Source: Hyphomicrobiales bacterium (GTDB taxonomy: Bacteria > Pseudomonadota > Alphaproteobacteria > Rhizobiales > CAJQND01). Taken from it: DNA of 64,000 nt. Of this stretch, positions 19,886-28,023 are shown piece by piece (the stretch's first letter is position 1; the number at the start of each line of letters is the position of its first letter). A program made the position numbers and the translations under genes. Where the stretch lies: positions 25,495 through 89,494 of the forward strand of contig JANQOW010000048.1 in the NCBI GenBank assembly GCA_028285595.1. The letters are read 5' to 3'. The notes under the pieces were generated by a model. It was not told the origin of the DNA. It ran no database searches and saw nothing but the letters and a program-made list of their open reading frames with translations.

Positions 19886-21013
19886 ATGTCCGCCCACCAG
19901 CCGCTTTCCGGCATCAAAGTTCTCGATTTTTCCACCTTGCTCCCCGGGCCGCTCGCCGGTTTGATGCTGGCTGAGGCCGGCGCTGAAGTGCTCAAGATAG
20001 AACGCCCCGGCAGCGGCGAGGATATGCGCCACTATGTGCCCAAATGGGGCCGTGATGCTGTGGGGTTTCACCTTTTGAACCGGGGCAAGAAGTCCCTGGC
20101 CATCAACCTTAAAGACCGCCAGCAGCTCACCCTTTTGGAGCCGCTTCTGCGGGAGGCCGACGTCATTCTGGAACAGTTTCGCCCCGGCGTCATGGACCGC
20201 TTGGGTCTCGGCTATGCGGCGATTAAAGCGATCAACCCGAAGATCATTTATTGCTCGATCACCGGCTATGGCCAAACCGGGCCTAAAGTGGATGTGGCCG
20301 GCCACGACCTAAACTATGTGGGCGATGCCGGCCTTCTGGCGCTCAGCATGGGCGATGCGCAAAAGCCGTGCCTGCCGCCGGTGCTGGCGGCTGATCTGGC
20401 CGGCGGCACGTACCCGGCGGTGGTCAACATTCTCATGGCGCTTCTGGCCCGCGAGAAGACGGGCGAGGGGAGCCATCTGGACATCGCCATGACCGATAAC
20501 CTGTTTATGCTCATGTCCTGGGCGCTGGGGCAGGGGATGCTTGAGGGCGACTGGCCGAAATCCTCTCAAGAACGGCTCACCGGGGGCTCGGCGCGATACC
20601 ATATCTATCCCACAAGCGACGGGCGCCATGTGGCCGCCGCCCCCCTTGAGGACCGGTTCTGGTCGGTGTTCTGCGACCTGATCGAGCTGCCCCAGGAGTT
20701 GAGGAACGATGAAGCGGACCCTGCCGCAACCTTGGAGGCGTGCCGGGCGATCATTGCCAGCCGGCCGGCGGAGGACTGGCGCCGCACCTTCTTCGGCCAG
20801 GATTGCTGCTGTTCCATCGTTCAGTCTCTGCAAGAAGCGATGGCGGACCCCAACATCCATGCCCGGGGGCTGTTCCAGCACGTGGTGACCAATGAAGAAG
20901 GCGAGGAGTTGCCGGCTCTGCCTGTGGCGGTGGCCCCGCAGTTCCGCCGGCCCTCAGAAGAGCCCCAGCACGCGCCAGCGCTTGGTGCGAACAATGATGA
21001 ATATTTGAGCTGA
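19886..21013 (+). CDS. family III CoA-transferase (CaiB/BaiF)
   Basis: MSAHQPLSGIKVLDFSTLLPGPLAGLMLAEAGAEVLKIERP is the canonical CaiB/BaiF N-terminus. About 375 aa. Confidence 0.85.
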   Translation: MSAHQPLSGIKVLDFSTLLPGPLAGLMLAEAGAEVLKIERPGSGEDMRHYVPKWGRDAVGFHLLNRGKKSLAINLKDRQQLTLLEPLLREADVILEQFRPGVMDRLGLGYAAIKAINPKIIYCSITGYGQTGPKVDVAGHDLNYVGDAGLLALSMGDAQKPCLPPVLAADLAGGTYPAVVNILMALLAREKTGEGSHLDIAMTDNLFMLMSWALGQGMLEGDWPKSSQERLTGGSARYHIYPTSDGRHVAAAPLEDRFWSVFCDLIELPQELRNDEADPAATLEACRAIIASRPAEDWRRTFFGQDCCCSIVQSLQEAMADPNIHARGLFQHVVTNEEGEELPALPVAVAPQFRRPSEEPQHAPALGANNDEYLS

Positions 21014-21117
21014 GGCACACTGCGTCATCCCACAGCTGCCGCGCCCTTGCGAACGCGAGGGCCCATAGCTCGTCTCTTTATCCTGGCTGAGAAGGTCCTC
21101 GCTTTCGCAAGGACGCA
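21014..21117. repeat. intergenic repeat remnant (partial family A, variant and inverted family B copies)
   Basis: gcgtcatccca is a partial family A copy. gcccttgcgaacgcgagggc is a family B variant. gctgagaaggtcctcgctttcgcaaggac (21086-21114) is the reverse complement of the 18128 copy. Confidence 0.75.
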
Positions 21118-21119
21118 GA

Positions 21120-21836
21120 CTACGCGAACGTTACGCGCACCCGGCGGTTCTGGCGGCCCTTTTTCTCGATCTTTGACACCACCACCTGGCCAATCTCACC
21201 GGTAGAGCGCACATGGGTGCCGCCGCAGGGCTGCAGATCGATTTCGCCGTCAGCTCCGATCTTCACAATCCGGACCTTTCCTGAGCCCATGGGCGGCTTC
21301 ACCGCCATGGTGCGCACAAGGTCGGGGTTGGCCTCCAGTTCCTCATCGGTGATCCAGTCATCGCTCACCGGATGATCGGCCAAGATCAGCCCGTTCAGTT
21401 GCTCGCTGAGGGCGTCCTTCTCCAACACGGCTTCGGGAATGTCGAAATCCAGCCGGCCCGTATCCCCGGAGATGGAGCCGCCGGTCACCGGGTAGGGCAG
21501 AACCGAACAGAGCAGATGCATGCAGGTGTGCATGCGCATATGGGCGTAGCGGGCGTCCCAATCCAGCCGCGCCGTCACCGTCGTGCCCACCTCGGGTGCA
21601 GAGCCTTCGACCGCCGGCACATGCACCACATTCTTGTTCTCATCATAGACCGCAAGGGCAATGGCGATCTCATCACCCGCTTCACTCACCAAAACGCCCT
21701 TGTCGCCGGCCTGGCCGCCGGAGGTGGCATAGAACACGCTGCGGTCCAGCAGAATGCCGCCACGGTCGTTCACGGCGACCACCTTGGCCGTGCACTCGCG
21801 GGCGTAAGCGTCATCTCGGAAGAGCTGCTCGGTCAT
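21120..21836 (-). CDS. alanyl-tRNA editing protein (AlaX-M type)
   Basis: HTCMHLL and CGGTHV zinc/editing motifs of the tRNA synthetase second additional domain (tRNA_SAD). 238 aa. Confidence 0.8.
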   Translation of the reverse strand: MTEQLFRDDAYARECTAKVVAVNDRGGILLDRSVFYATSGGQAGDKGVLVSEAGDEIAIALAVYDENKNVVHVPAVEGSAPEVGTTVTARLDWDARYAHMRMHTCMHLLCSVLPYPVTGGSISGDTGRLDFDIPEAVLEKDALSEQLNGLILADHPVSDDWITDEELEANPDLVRTMAVKPPMGSGKVRIVKIGADGEIDLQPCGGTHVRSTGEIGQVVVSKIEKKGRQNRRVRVTFA

Positions 21837-22885
21837 GTGTCTGCGACCTCCTCAAACACGCTTGGCAAGGTGCTCTGAAGCGCCGGATCCATCCATTCAG
21901 GCACCGGCATCTCCTTTTCGCGCAGGAATGCAGGGTTGTAGAGCTTGGAGAGATAGCGCGAGCCATAGTCGCACAAGATCGTCACAAGGGTGTGGCCGGG
22001 CCCCAGTTCACGGGCAAGACGGATGGCACCGGCAATGTTGATGCCCGATGAGCCGCCAAGGCACATGCCTTCCTCATGCACCAGGGGGAAGATGATGTTG
22101 AGGGCGTCCGCGTCCGGGATCTCAAACTGGCGGTCCGGTGTGAAGCCTTCCAGGTTCGCGGTGATCCGCCCTTGGCCGATGCCTTCCATGAGCGAGGAGC
22201 CTTCTGCTTTCAGCTCCCCATCCCGGTAATAGCGGTAAAGGGCAGCGCCTTCCGGATCGGTCAGGGCGATCTTGATGTCCGGGTTCTTGGAGCGCAGATA
22301 TTCTGCCGTGCCGGTCAGCGTCCCGCCGGAGCCCACTGCGCAACTGAAGCCATCGATCTTGCCGCCGGTCTGCTCCCAGATTTCAGGGCCCGTGGTCTCA
22401 ATATGGGCCTGACGGTTGGCCACATTGTCGAACTGGTTGGCCCAGACCGCGCCCTCGGGATGTTCCGCGTTCAAGCGCTCGGCCAGGCGGCCGGAATAGC
22501 GCACGAAATTGTTGGGGTTGCGGTAGGGTGCGGCAGGCACCTGCACCAGCTCCGCGCCGAGCATGCGCAGCGCATCTTTCTTCTCTTCGGTTTGCGTCTC
22601 CGGGATCACGATTACCGTGCGCATGCCCATGGATCCCGCCACCATGGCAAGGCCTATCCCTGTATTCCCGGCCGTGCCTTCAACAATGATGCCGCCGGGG
22701 CCGATTGCCTTGCGCTTCACCGCATCCTGGATGATGGACAGCGCGGCCCGGTCTTTCACCGATTCGCTGGGGTTCATGAATTCGGCTTTGCCCAGGATCG
22801 TGCAGCCGGTCTCTTCAGAGGCGCGCTTCAGCTTGATCAGCGGTGTGTTGCCGATGGTTGAAGCGACGGTATCGTGGATGTTCAT
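21833..22885 (-). CDS. PLP-dependent cysteine synthase / CBS-like (CysK family) protein
   Basis: IGNTPLIKL and NPSESVKDRAAL (PLP-lysine motif), plus GTGGT-like SGGTLTGT. At 350 aa it is longer than a typical CysK. Confidence 0.8.
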   Translation of the reverse strand: MNIHDTVASTIGNTPLIKLKRASEETGCTILGKAEFMNPSESVKDRAALSIIQDAVKRKAIGPGGIIVEGTAGNTGIGLAMVAGSMGMRTVIVIPETQTEEKKDALRMLGAELVQVPAAPYRNPNNFVRYSGRLAERLNAEHPEGAVWANQFDNVANRQAHIETTGPEIWEQTGGKIDGFSCAVGSGGTLTGTAEYLRSKNPDIKIALTDPEGAALYRYYRDGELKAEGSSLMEGIGQGRITANLEGFTPDRQFEIPDADALNIIFPLVHEEGMCLGGSSGINIAGAIRLARELGPGHTLVTILCDYGSRYLSKLYNPAFLREKEMPVPEWMDPALQSTLPSVFEEVADT

Positions 22886-22953
22886 AAGGGTCAGGCCCGG
22901 TCATATGGAAAGATTGGCGAGCCCAGATACATAAGCCCGATGGGCCTGGCTTT

Positions 22954-23520
22954 CTAGAATATTCGGTGCACAAAAGTGGTGCACACATATTTCGGGCCGC
23001 TTTTGGGCGGCGCGCCGCGGTGCCGGTAGGTCCAGCCCACGGGGAAAAACGCAATACGCCCGGCCACCGGCTTGATGCGCACGTCCTGATCTTCAAATTC
23101 CGTATGTCCGCCTCTGTCCACAGTGTTGAAGTACCACTGCGCGGCGAGAACGCGGGTCTGGTTTTGAGCGGAGTTATCATCGATGTGCCAGTGAAACTGG
23201 CCGCCGGGATCATACTTCTTCACCCTCAGCGGTTCGGCATGCAGATCTTTGTGGTCGGATCCTGCCAAAAACTTCACATCCGCCTGATAGCGTCCCAGGA
23301 ACTGGGAAAGTGAGCTCTGCAACGCGGAGATCATATCTCCCCAGCTGTCTTGCGGCAGCACGAGCTCGGTGGTCTGTTTTCCGGCCAGATCCAGCTCTGC
23401 CCCTGCGTTTCCGGAGACTTTTCCCTGTTCGCGCGACGGATCTGCATCAAAGCGCGCAATGATCTGTTCGCACACCGCCAGGTCCAGGGCCTCGTCGTAA
23501 AATTTGATGAACTTGGGCAC
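22954..23520 (-). CDS. 2OG-Fe(II) oxygenase superfamily protein
   Basis: HWHIDD (HxD) with a downstream GGHTEF His and RIAFFP. 188 aa. Confidence 0.65.
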   Translation of the reverse strand: MPKFIKFYDEALDLAVCEQIIARFDADPSREQGKVSGNAGAELDLAGKQTTELVLPQDSWGDMISALQSSLSQFLGRYQADVKFLAGSDHKDLHAEPLRVKKYDPGGQFHWHIDDNSAQNQTRVLAAQWYFNTVDRGGHTEFEDQDVRIKPVAGRIAFFPVGWTYRHRGAPPKSGPKYVCTTFVHRIF

Positions 23521-23878
23521 GGGGTTATGTGTTCCGATTCAATGAATTGATCCGATTCTCATAACTGAGAAGAGACAAGTCAAGCCAATCTCCAAAATGG
23601 AGGCAAAATCTTCACCAATTAGAGCGACTGTGCGCACAAGCTGAGGTTTACGGAAAAAATTATTTCATTTTTCAGCAACTTCAGGTAGGTGGAACTCGCG
23701 GTGTGAAGACCGCCGACCACCGCGCAAACAGTGGGAAGAAGCCGAGGGATCCTTATGCCGTTCTTATCTTGTTACGTTGGTCTCCATCTGCGAGCCCTGA
23801 CCAAGCGGTAGTTGCGCCGCCGGTGCTTTCCCGGTCACCCGCGCATTACCTCATGCCGTTCAGGTCACCCAACACTCC

Positions 23879-24757
23879 ATGACAACGCAACCTCAAACAC
23901 GTGAACGTCTCAATGATCACCGTAAGGGATTGTTGATAACGGGTATTGGTGCGTTTCTCATGACGTTCGACATTCCACTGGTGAGATTGGCGCATAGCGA
24001 CGAGTGGACAGTGGTCTACGTGCGCGGATTATGCGTGTTTTTTGTGATGCTGGGCTATTGGTTCTGGACCCACTACCGGCGCGGCAATCAGGTCCCGTTT
24101 ATCAACGGCATCGAAGGTTTTGCGGCTGCCGCCACCTTCGCGGTGACCAACATCTCGTTCATGACGGCCATCCACCACACAAGCGCCGCGAATGCGGTGT
24201 TCATTTTGGCGTTTGCGCCCCTGTTTGCGGCCATACTGTCCCGCATTTTTTTGGCAGAGCCTGTGCGGTCTCACACCTGGGTCGCGATTGCGGTTGCAAT
24301 TGTGGGGGTTTTGATTATTGCAACCTCAGGTTTAGGAACGGGACACCTGTTCGGAGACCTCATGGCGCTGATCGCGGCCACATCTTTGGCCTGTTCGCTC
24401 ACCATTATGCGATGGTCCGGCAAGGATATGACCTTTTCGCCCGGCTTCGGCAGTTTGCTGACGGCGATTGTGGCGGTGTGGTTTGCCGATCCGTTCTCGC
24501 TGAACCTCACGCAGGTAAGCTTGCTGGGCTTCAACAGTCTTCTCATCATGCCAATTTCGCTTGGCCTGTTGGCGCTGGGCACGCGCTATATTTCCGCGCC
24601 TGAAGTGGCCATGCTCATGTTGTTGGATTCCTTCCTTGCGCCCGTTTGGGTGTGGCTGGTCATCGGTGAGATCCCCACCACCCAAGGGCTGATCGGCGGC
24701 GCTATTGTGGTGTCTGCAATACTGGCCCACAGCTATGTACAAGCTAAGCGTGCATAA
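23879..24757 (+). CDS. DMT superfamily (EamA-like) transporter
   Basis: 292 aa with about 10 hydrophobic segments in a duplicated EamA-like arrangement. Confidence 0.8.
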   Translation: MTTQPQTRERLNDHRKGLLITGIGAFLMTFDIPLVRLAHSDEWTVVYVRGLCVFFVMLGYWFWTHYRRGNQVPFINGIEGFAAAATFAVTNISFMTAIHHTSAANAVFILAFAPLFAAILSRIFLAEPVRSHTWVAIAVAIVGVLIIATSGLGTGHLFGDLMALIAATSLACSLTIMRWSGKDMTFSPGFGSLLTAIVAVWFADPFSLNLTQVSLLGFNSLLIMPISLGLLALGTRYISAPEVAMLMLLDSFLAPVWVWLVIGEIPTTQGLIGGAIVVSAILAHSYVQAKRA

Positions 24758-24834
24758 TTTGACGCTGCATTTAGCCTGATTGTTTACCGAATGGTAATGG
24801 CGAAATGGGATCTTAGTCACATTATCCGGGCCAG

Positions 24835-25665
24835 TTGCAGATTGGTCTGACACGAGAAATGAGCTTGCTAAGTGCCGGGGGGGACTTGCGAAGAATGCAG
24901 AGCGCCCAACTGTGGATAAGCGACGGAAAGCTTATCGAGATCGATTCAGAAGTTATCGAGAGACGCGGTGTTGACGCATTGATGCGCGAGGACAGGCTGG
25001 TTCTCATCACGGTCAACGCCCGGGGCACCTCCATTCATTGGCATCTGGCCAGCGCCAGTTGGTCGTCTTTGTACTCGGTCATCTCGCACTTGCGGGTTTG
25101 CCCGCCGCCGTTTCAGCTCAATTTCTTCGTGGAAGCCTGGGCGAGCGAGCGTTTCGTGCGGGCCAAGGAGGCCGCCAAGCGCATTGATGAGTTGATCGGC
25201 AAAGCCGATGTGCGCCTCTCCAAGAAGGCCTATGTGTACGAGAAGGAGATGGACAAGCGGGCCATGCCACAGCTTTTGCAACTCGCTTATGATGAGCATG
25301 CGGCGCTGACGGACCACCGCGTCGACACGGTGTTTCATGAAGACAGCAACATGTTTTATCTGGAGCGGGCCGGAGAGAACTCTCTGCTCTCACGGATTAT
25401 GGGAGAGCATTGGACCGCGGAGTTTGCAGGCCGTGAAGAAATCCCCGATACGGATTTCGATTATGAGGTGATGTCTCACTACGAAAAGGTGCTGAGCGCC
25501 GATGTTCCGCGTTTCGACCATGTGTTTGCCACCATCACCCCGCCGGGCGGCTCGCCCATCTGGGCCTCATACTTGCGCCTGATCGTGCCGTCGACCTTCG
25601 AGGATGGCCGCGTGGGCGTGTCTTCGTTCTGCCAGACCAGTCCGGCAACGCCCAAGCTCATCTAG
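24835..25665 (+). CDS. hypothetical protein with PAS_5 (DUF1457)-like C-terminal half
   Basis: The C-terminal DFDYEVMSHYEKVLSADVPRFDHVFATI...YLRLIVP resembles the alphaproteobacterial PAS_5 pattern. The N-terminal ~130 aa are unrecognised and the start is uncertain. Confidence 0.5.
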   Translation: MQIGLTREMSLLSAGGDLRRMQSAQLWISDGKLIEIDSEVIERRGVDALMREDRLVLITVNARGTSIHWHLASASWSSLYSVISHLRVCPPPFQLNFFVEAWASERFVRAKEAAKRIDELIGKADVRLSKKAYVYEKEMDKRAMPQLLQLAYDEHAALTDHRVDTVFHEDSNMFYLERAGENSLLSRIMGEHWTAEFAGREEIPDTDFDYEVMSHYEKVLSADVPRFDHVFATITPPGGSPIWASYLRLIVPSTFEDGRVGVSSFCQTSPATPKLI

Positions 25666-25685
25666 AGCTCTAGCCGCCCTGAGGG

Positions 25686-26384
25686 TCAATCCTCGCGGTA
25701 CAAGGCCTCGTCAATAAGCACTTCAAGATCTGACCGGCGCGCCAACATCAGCCATTCGTTTTTGGACGCCCCTTCCGGCTCCCATTCCCAGCGATAGACG
25801 CTGGGTTCAATGATGGGATACCCCCAGCGCACCGAATGTCCGCGCCGAGAGAGATGCTCATACATGCAGCCCCAAATGGCGGAAGGATGCCATTTCAGAA
25901 GCGCCAGGATCATGCCGTAGCGCGAAAACAGGTCCGGCAGGCTTTCCCGGCGCCGGTCGGGATGCACCCAGGCTTCGCCAAAATAAACCACTTGGCCGTT
26001 CACCTGCTCGGTTTGTGAGCCCAGCGGCGGGCGCACGAACGTGGGCACCACCGGCTCGGAGCGCTTATGGTAGAGCCCGAGCATCCATGTCAGGCTCCAA
26101 TCGGCAAGATTGGTATCGATGTAGTCAACCCGATAGGCCTGCAGCATCACCGTTTCGTTCTGGTCATTCATGGCCCGCATCCAGAAGGCCTTATGCTCCC
26201 CGAACGCATTGATTTCTTCATCGAACATGGGGCTGACCAGATCGCCGCGGACGCGCATGCGTTCCCGCTTGAACTCAGCCATATCGCCGCTCATTTCCGT
26301 CGTCAGGCCGTGAGCGCGCGCACGTTCATCCAGGCGCAAGAGCGCTCTGGCTGCGCGCAACGGGTTATTTAATGCTTCGACCAC
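25686..26384 (-). CDS. hypothetical protein (Trp-rich, no family recognised)
   Basis: 232-aa ORF with 10 Trp, convergent with the previous gene. No motifs recognised. Confidence 0.55.
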   Translation of the reverse strand: MVEALNNPLRAARALLRLDERARAHGLTTEMSGDMAEFKRERMRVRGDLVSPMFDEEINAFGEHKAFWMRAMNDQNETVMLQAYRVDYIDTNLADWSLTWMLGLYHKRSEPVVPTFVRPPLGSQTEQVNGQVVYFGEAWVHPDRRRESLPDLFSRYGMILALLKWHPSAIWGCMYEHLSRRGHSVRWGYPIIEPSVYRWEWEPEGASKNEWLMLARRSDLEVLIDEALYRED

Positions 26385-26565
26385 TCAACCCCACCGCTTT
26401 AATTCCGTGCCATAATGGCACATTCGCCCTCCGGATTTGCGCCCAGATGAGGCAATATTTGCATCGTTGCAAGTCTGATGCTTGAAAACAGCGTCAGCTA
26501 GAGCCGTTGGTGCCACCATTTGGGTGCGTTGCCGGAGGCCGGTGAGGCCGCTAGAACTGCGGGTC

Positions 26566-26781
26566 ATGGTATTGCTGATTCGCAGAGTTTGGACGGCCCT
26601 GTTCCTGCTCATGATCTTTTGGAGCGTTCTGGCCGGGGCCCCGGAGATTTGGCCCGCCGACGCCAAGACCTATCTTGCTTTTCTCATTTGCGCCGTCTGG
26701 GCACCTGTGGCCTTCGTGCTCACCATGGCGCAGCAAGCCACAGGCAAGTCGGCGCCGTTCAAGGACGACAGAGGCGTCTAG
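26566..26781 (+). CDS. hypothetical small two-helix membrane protein
   Basis: MVLLIRRVWTALFLLMIFWSVLAG and YLAFLICAVWAPVAFVLTMA are hydrophobic segments. The track ORF begins at 26482, so the start is uncertain. Confidence 0.35.
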   Translation: MVLLIRRVWTALFLLMIFWSVLAGAPEIWPADAKTYLAFLICAVWAPVAFVLTMAQQATGKSAPFKDDRGV

Positions 26782-27015
26782 CTGTCGGAGGGGGCTTTTC
26801 TCATGACAGCGTATGGCAACTTATCACACTTGTTTCTGGGGGCCGTAAAACGGATGCAGATCAGGAGCTTGCGAGGCTTTACTGGGACTGCACACCCAGA
26901 AACGTCGCTAACCAGGAGGTGCCCGATCCACCATGCTGCCATCTGTCAGCCGTTTCGTGAGCGCAGTTGACGCACGCGCGCTGTAGAAAATCTGTGCCCG
27001 CCTGAAGAAACCGCG

Positions 27016-27030
27016 TTAACCTTTTGTTAA
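27016..27030 (-). promoter_or_regulatory. CtrA-type binding box TTAA-N7-TTAAC
   Basis: The plus strand reads ttaaccttttgttaa. The reverse complement reads TTAA-caaaagg-TTAAC, a full match to the Caulobacter CtrA consensus. Confidence 0.55.
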
Positions 27031-27060
27031 TCGTCGATGAACGCGTTTTGGACCTAACGA

Positions 27061-27080
27061 TTGTCCACACTTTTTCCACA
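27061..27080 (+). promoter_or_regulatory. two adjacent DnaA-box-like 9-mers
   Basis: ttgtccaca (27061-27069) and ttttccaca (27072-27080), each 8/9 against TTATCCACA. Confidence 0.4.
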
Positions 27081-27125
27081 AATCATCCAGATTACCGAAG
27101 CTCAGATAAGAGCAAATCATACGAT

Positions 27126-27134
27126 CCTGGATAA
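27126..27134 (-). promoter_or_regulatory. weaker inverted DnaA-box-like 9-mer
   Basis: cctggataa against TGTGGATAA (7/9). Confidence 0.25.
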
Positions 27135-27314
27135 ACGCAAAACGAACTCTGCTCGCCTCAAGCTGAAAATGCCGTTTTGTTAATGAAGCAGTTTAAGTGG
27201 TGAATCCTTTAAACCAATTTATTGGCTTTTAGAGACGTTTCTCAGGCGAATTGTTTAGCCAATCTCCTTCATACAGGGATTCGCCTTTGGAACATCAAGT
27301 GTTGTTTGGGTCAA

Positions 27315-27329
27315 TTAACCAACTGTTAA
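27315..27329 (+). promoter_or_regulatory. CtrA-type binding box TTAA-N7-TTAA
   Basis: ttaaccaactgttaa, located 78 nt upstream of ATG 27407. Confidence 0.5.
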
Positions 27330-27406
27330 GCTTTCGGTGGCTGGAAGCGGGAAAGGAGCGGTAAAACGACACCCGCAGATCAACCACAAGTGGTGAGTAG
27401 AAGGTC

Positions 27407-27718
27407 ATGTCGGATCTTTCCATTGGACTGCTGATCGAAAGCGAAAGGCAAAGGATCAAACGCCGTTGCATGGAGATTGACGATCAGTTCGACGCGCTGG
27501 GCGAGGAACGCCAGGCACTGCTGACGATCGCAGAAGCGCTGAATTCCCTGGAAAACCTCTACGCGGAAACGGGACAAACCGCAGACGCATCCCTGGCATT
27601 TACCACGGCCGGCGCTGCCCAGAGAACCACAGCGCCTGACTGGGGCGATGGTCACAGCATGGACCCGTCAGACCGGCTGAAACTGATCAACCGGATCTTG
27701 GAAACACCAACCGTCTGA
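27407..27718 (+). CDS. hypothetical coiled-coil protein
   Basis: 103-aa ORF. ATG is preceded by gagtagaaggtc. The N-terminal half is helical and charged. No family recognised. Confidence 0.5.
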   Translation: MSDLSIGLLIESERQRIKRRCMEIDDQFDALGEERQALLTIAEALNSLENLYAETGQTADASLAFTTAGAAQRTTAPDWGDGHSMDPSDRLKLINRILETPTV

Positions 27719-27832
27719 AGCTCTGCGCTTGCGGTTTTCATGGAATTGGCAAACTTCTGTCATTGTGCCGACATGCCGAAACGGCATGTGTGCCCGCATC
27801 AATCACAGTAAAGTTGCGGAAGGCCAGATCCA

Positions 27833-28021
27833 GTGACCCAGGACCGTTTAGAGACGTGCCGACCCTTCACACCCGTCGATCAAAGCGTGGAAGACATGCT
27901 CCACGATGCGCGCACGCTTGCCCAGCTCAAGGCGGAGGGCGTTCAGGTTGAAAATCTGACCGATCTTCTCACGGCCATCCGCACGCGCGTGCTGGCACAG
28001 CGCTGGCGCAGCGCAGCGTAG
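27833..28021 (+). CDS. hypothetical small protein
   Basis: 62-aa ORF with a GTG start. No family recognised. Confidence 0.35.
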   Translation: MTQDRLETCRPFTPVDQSVEDMLHDARTLAQLKAEGVQVENLTDLLTAIRTRVLAQRWRSAA

Positions 28022-28023
28022 GT

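Noticed and set aside
26782-27406. Calling this region the chromosomal origin of replication outright.
   Set aside because: The DnaA-like boxes are imperfect (8/9, 8/9 and 7/9). None of the usual alphaproteobacterial origin neighbours (hemE, dnaA, dnaN, parAB) are nearby. I cannot compute genome-wide GC skew. It is kept only as a hypothesis in the findings.
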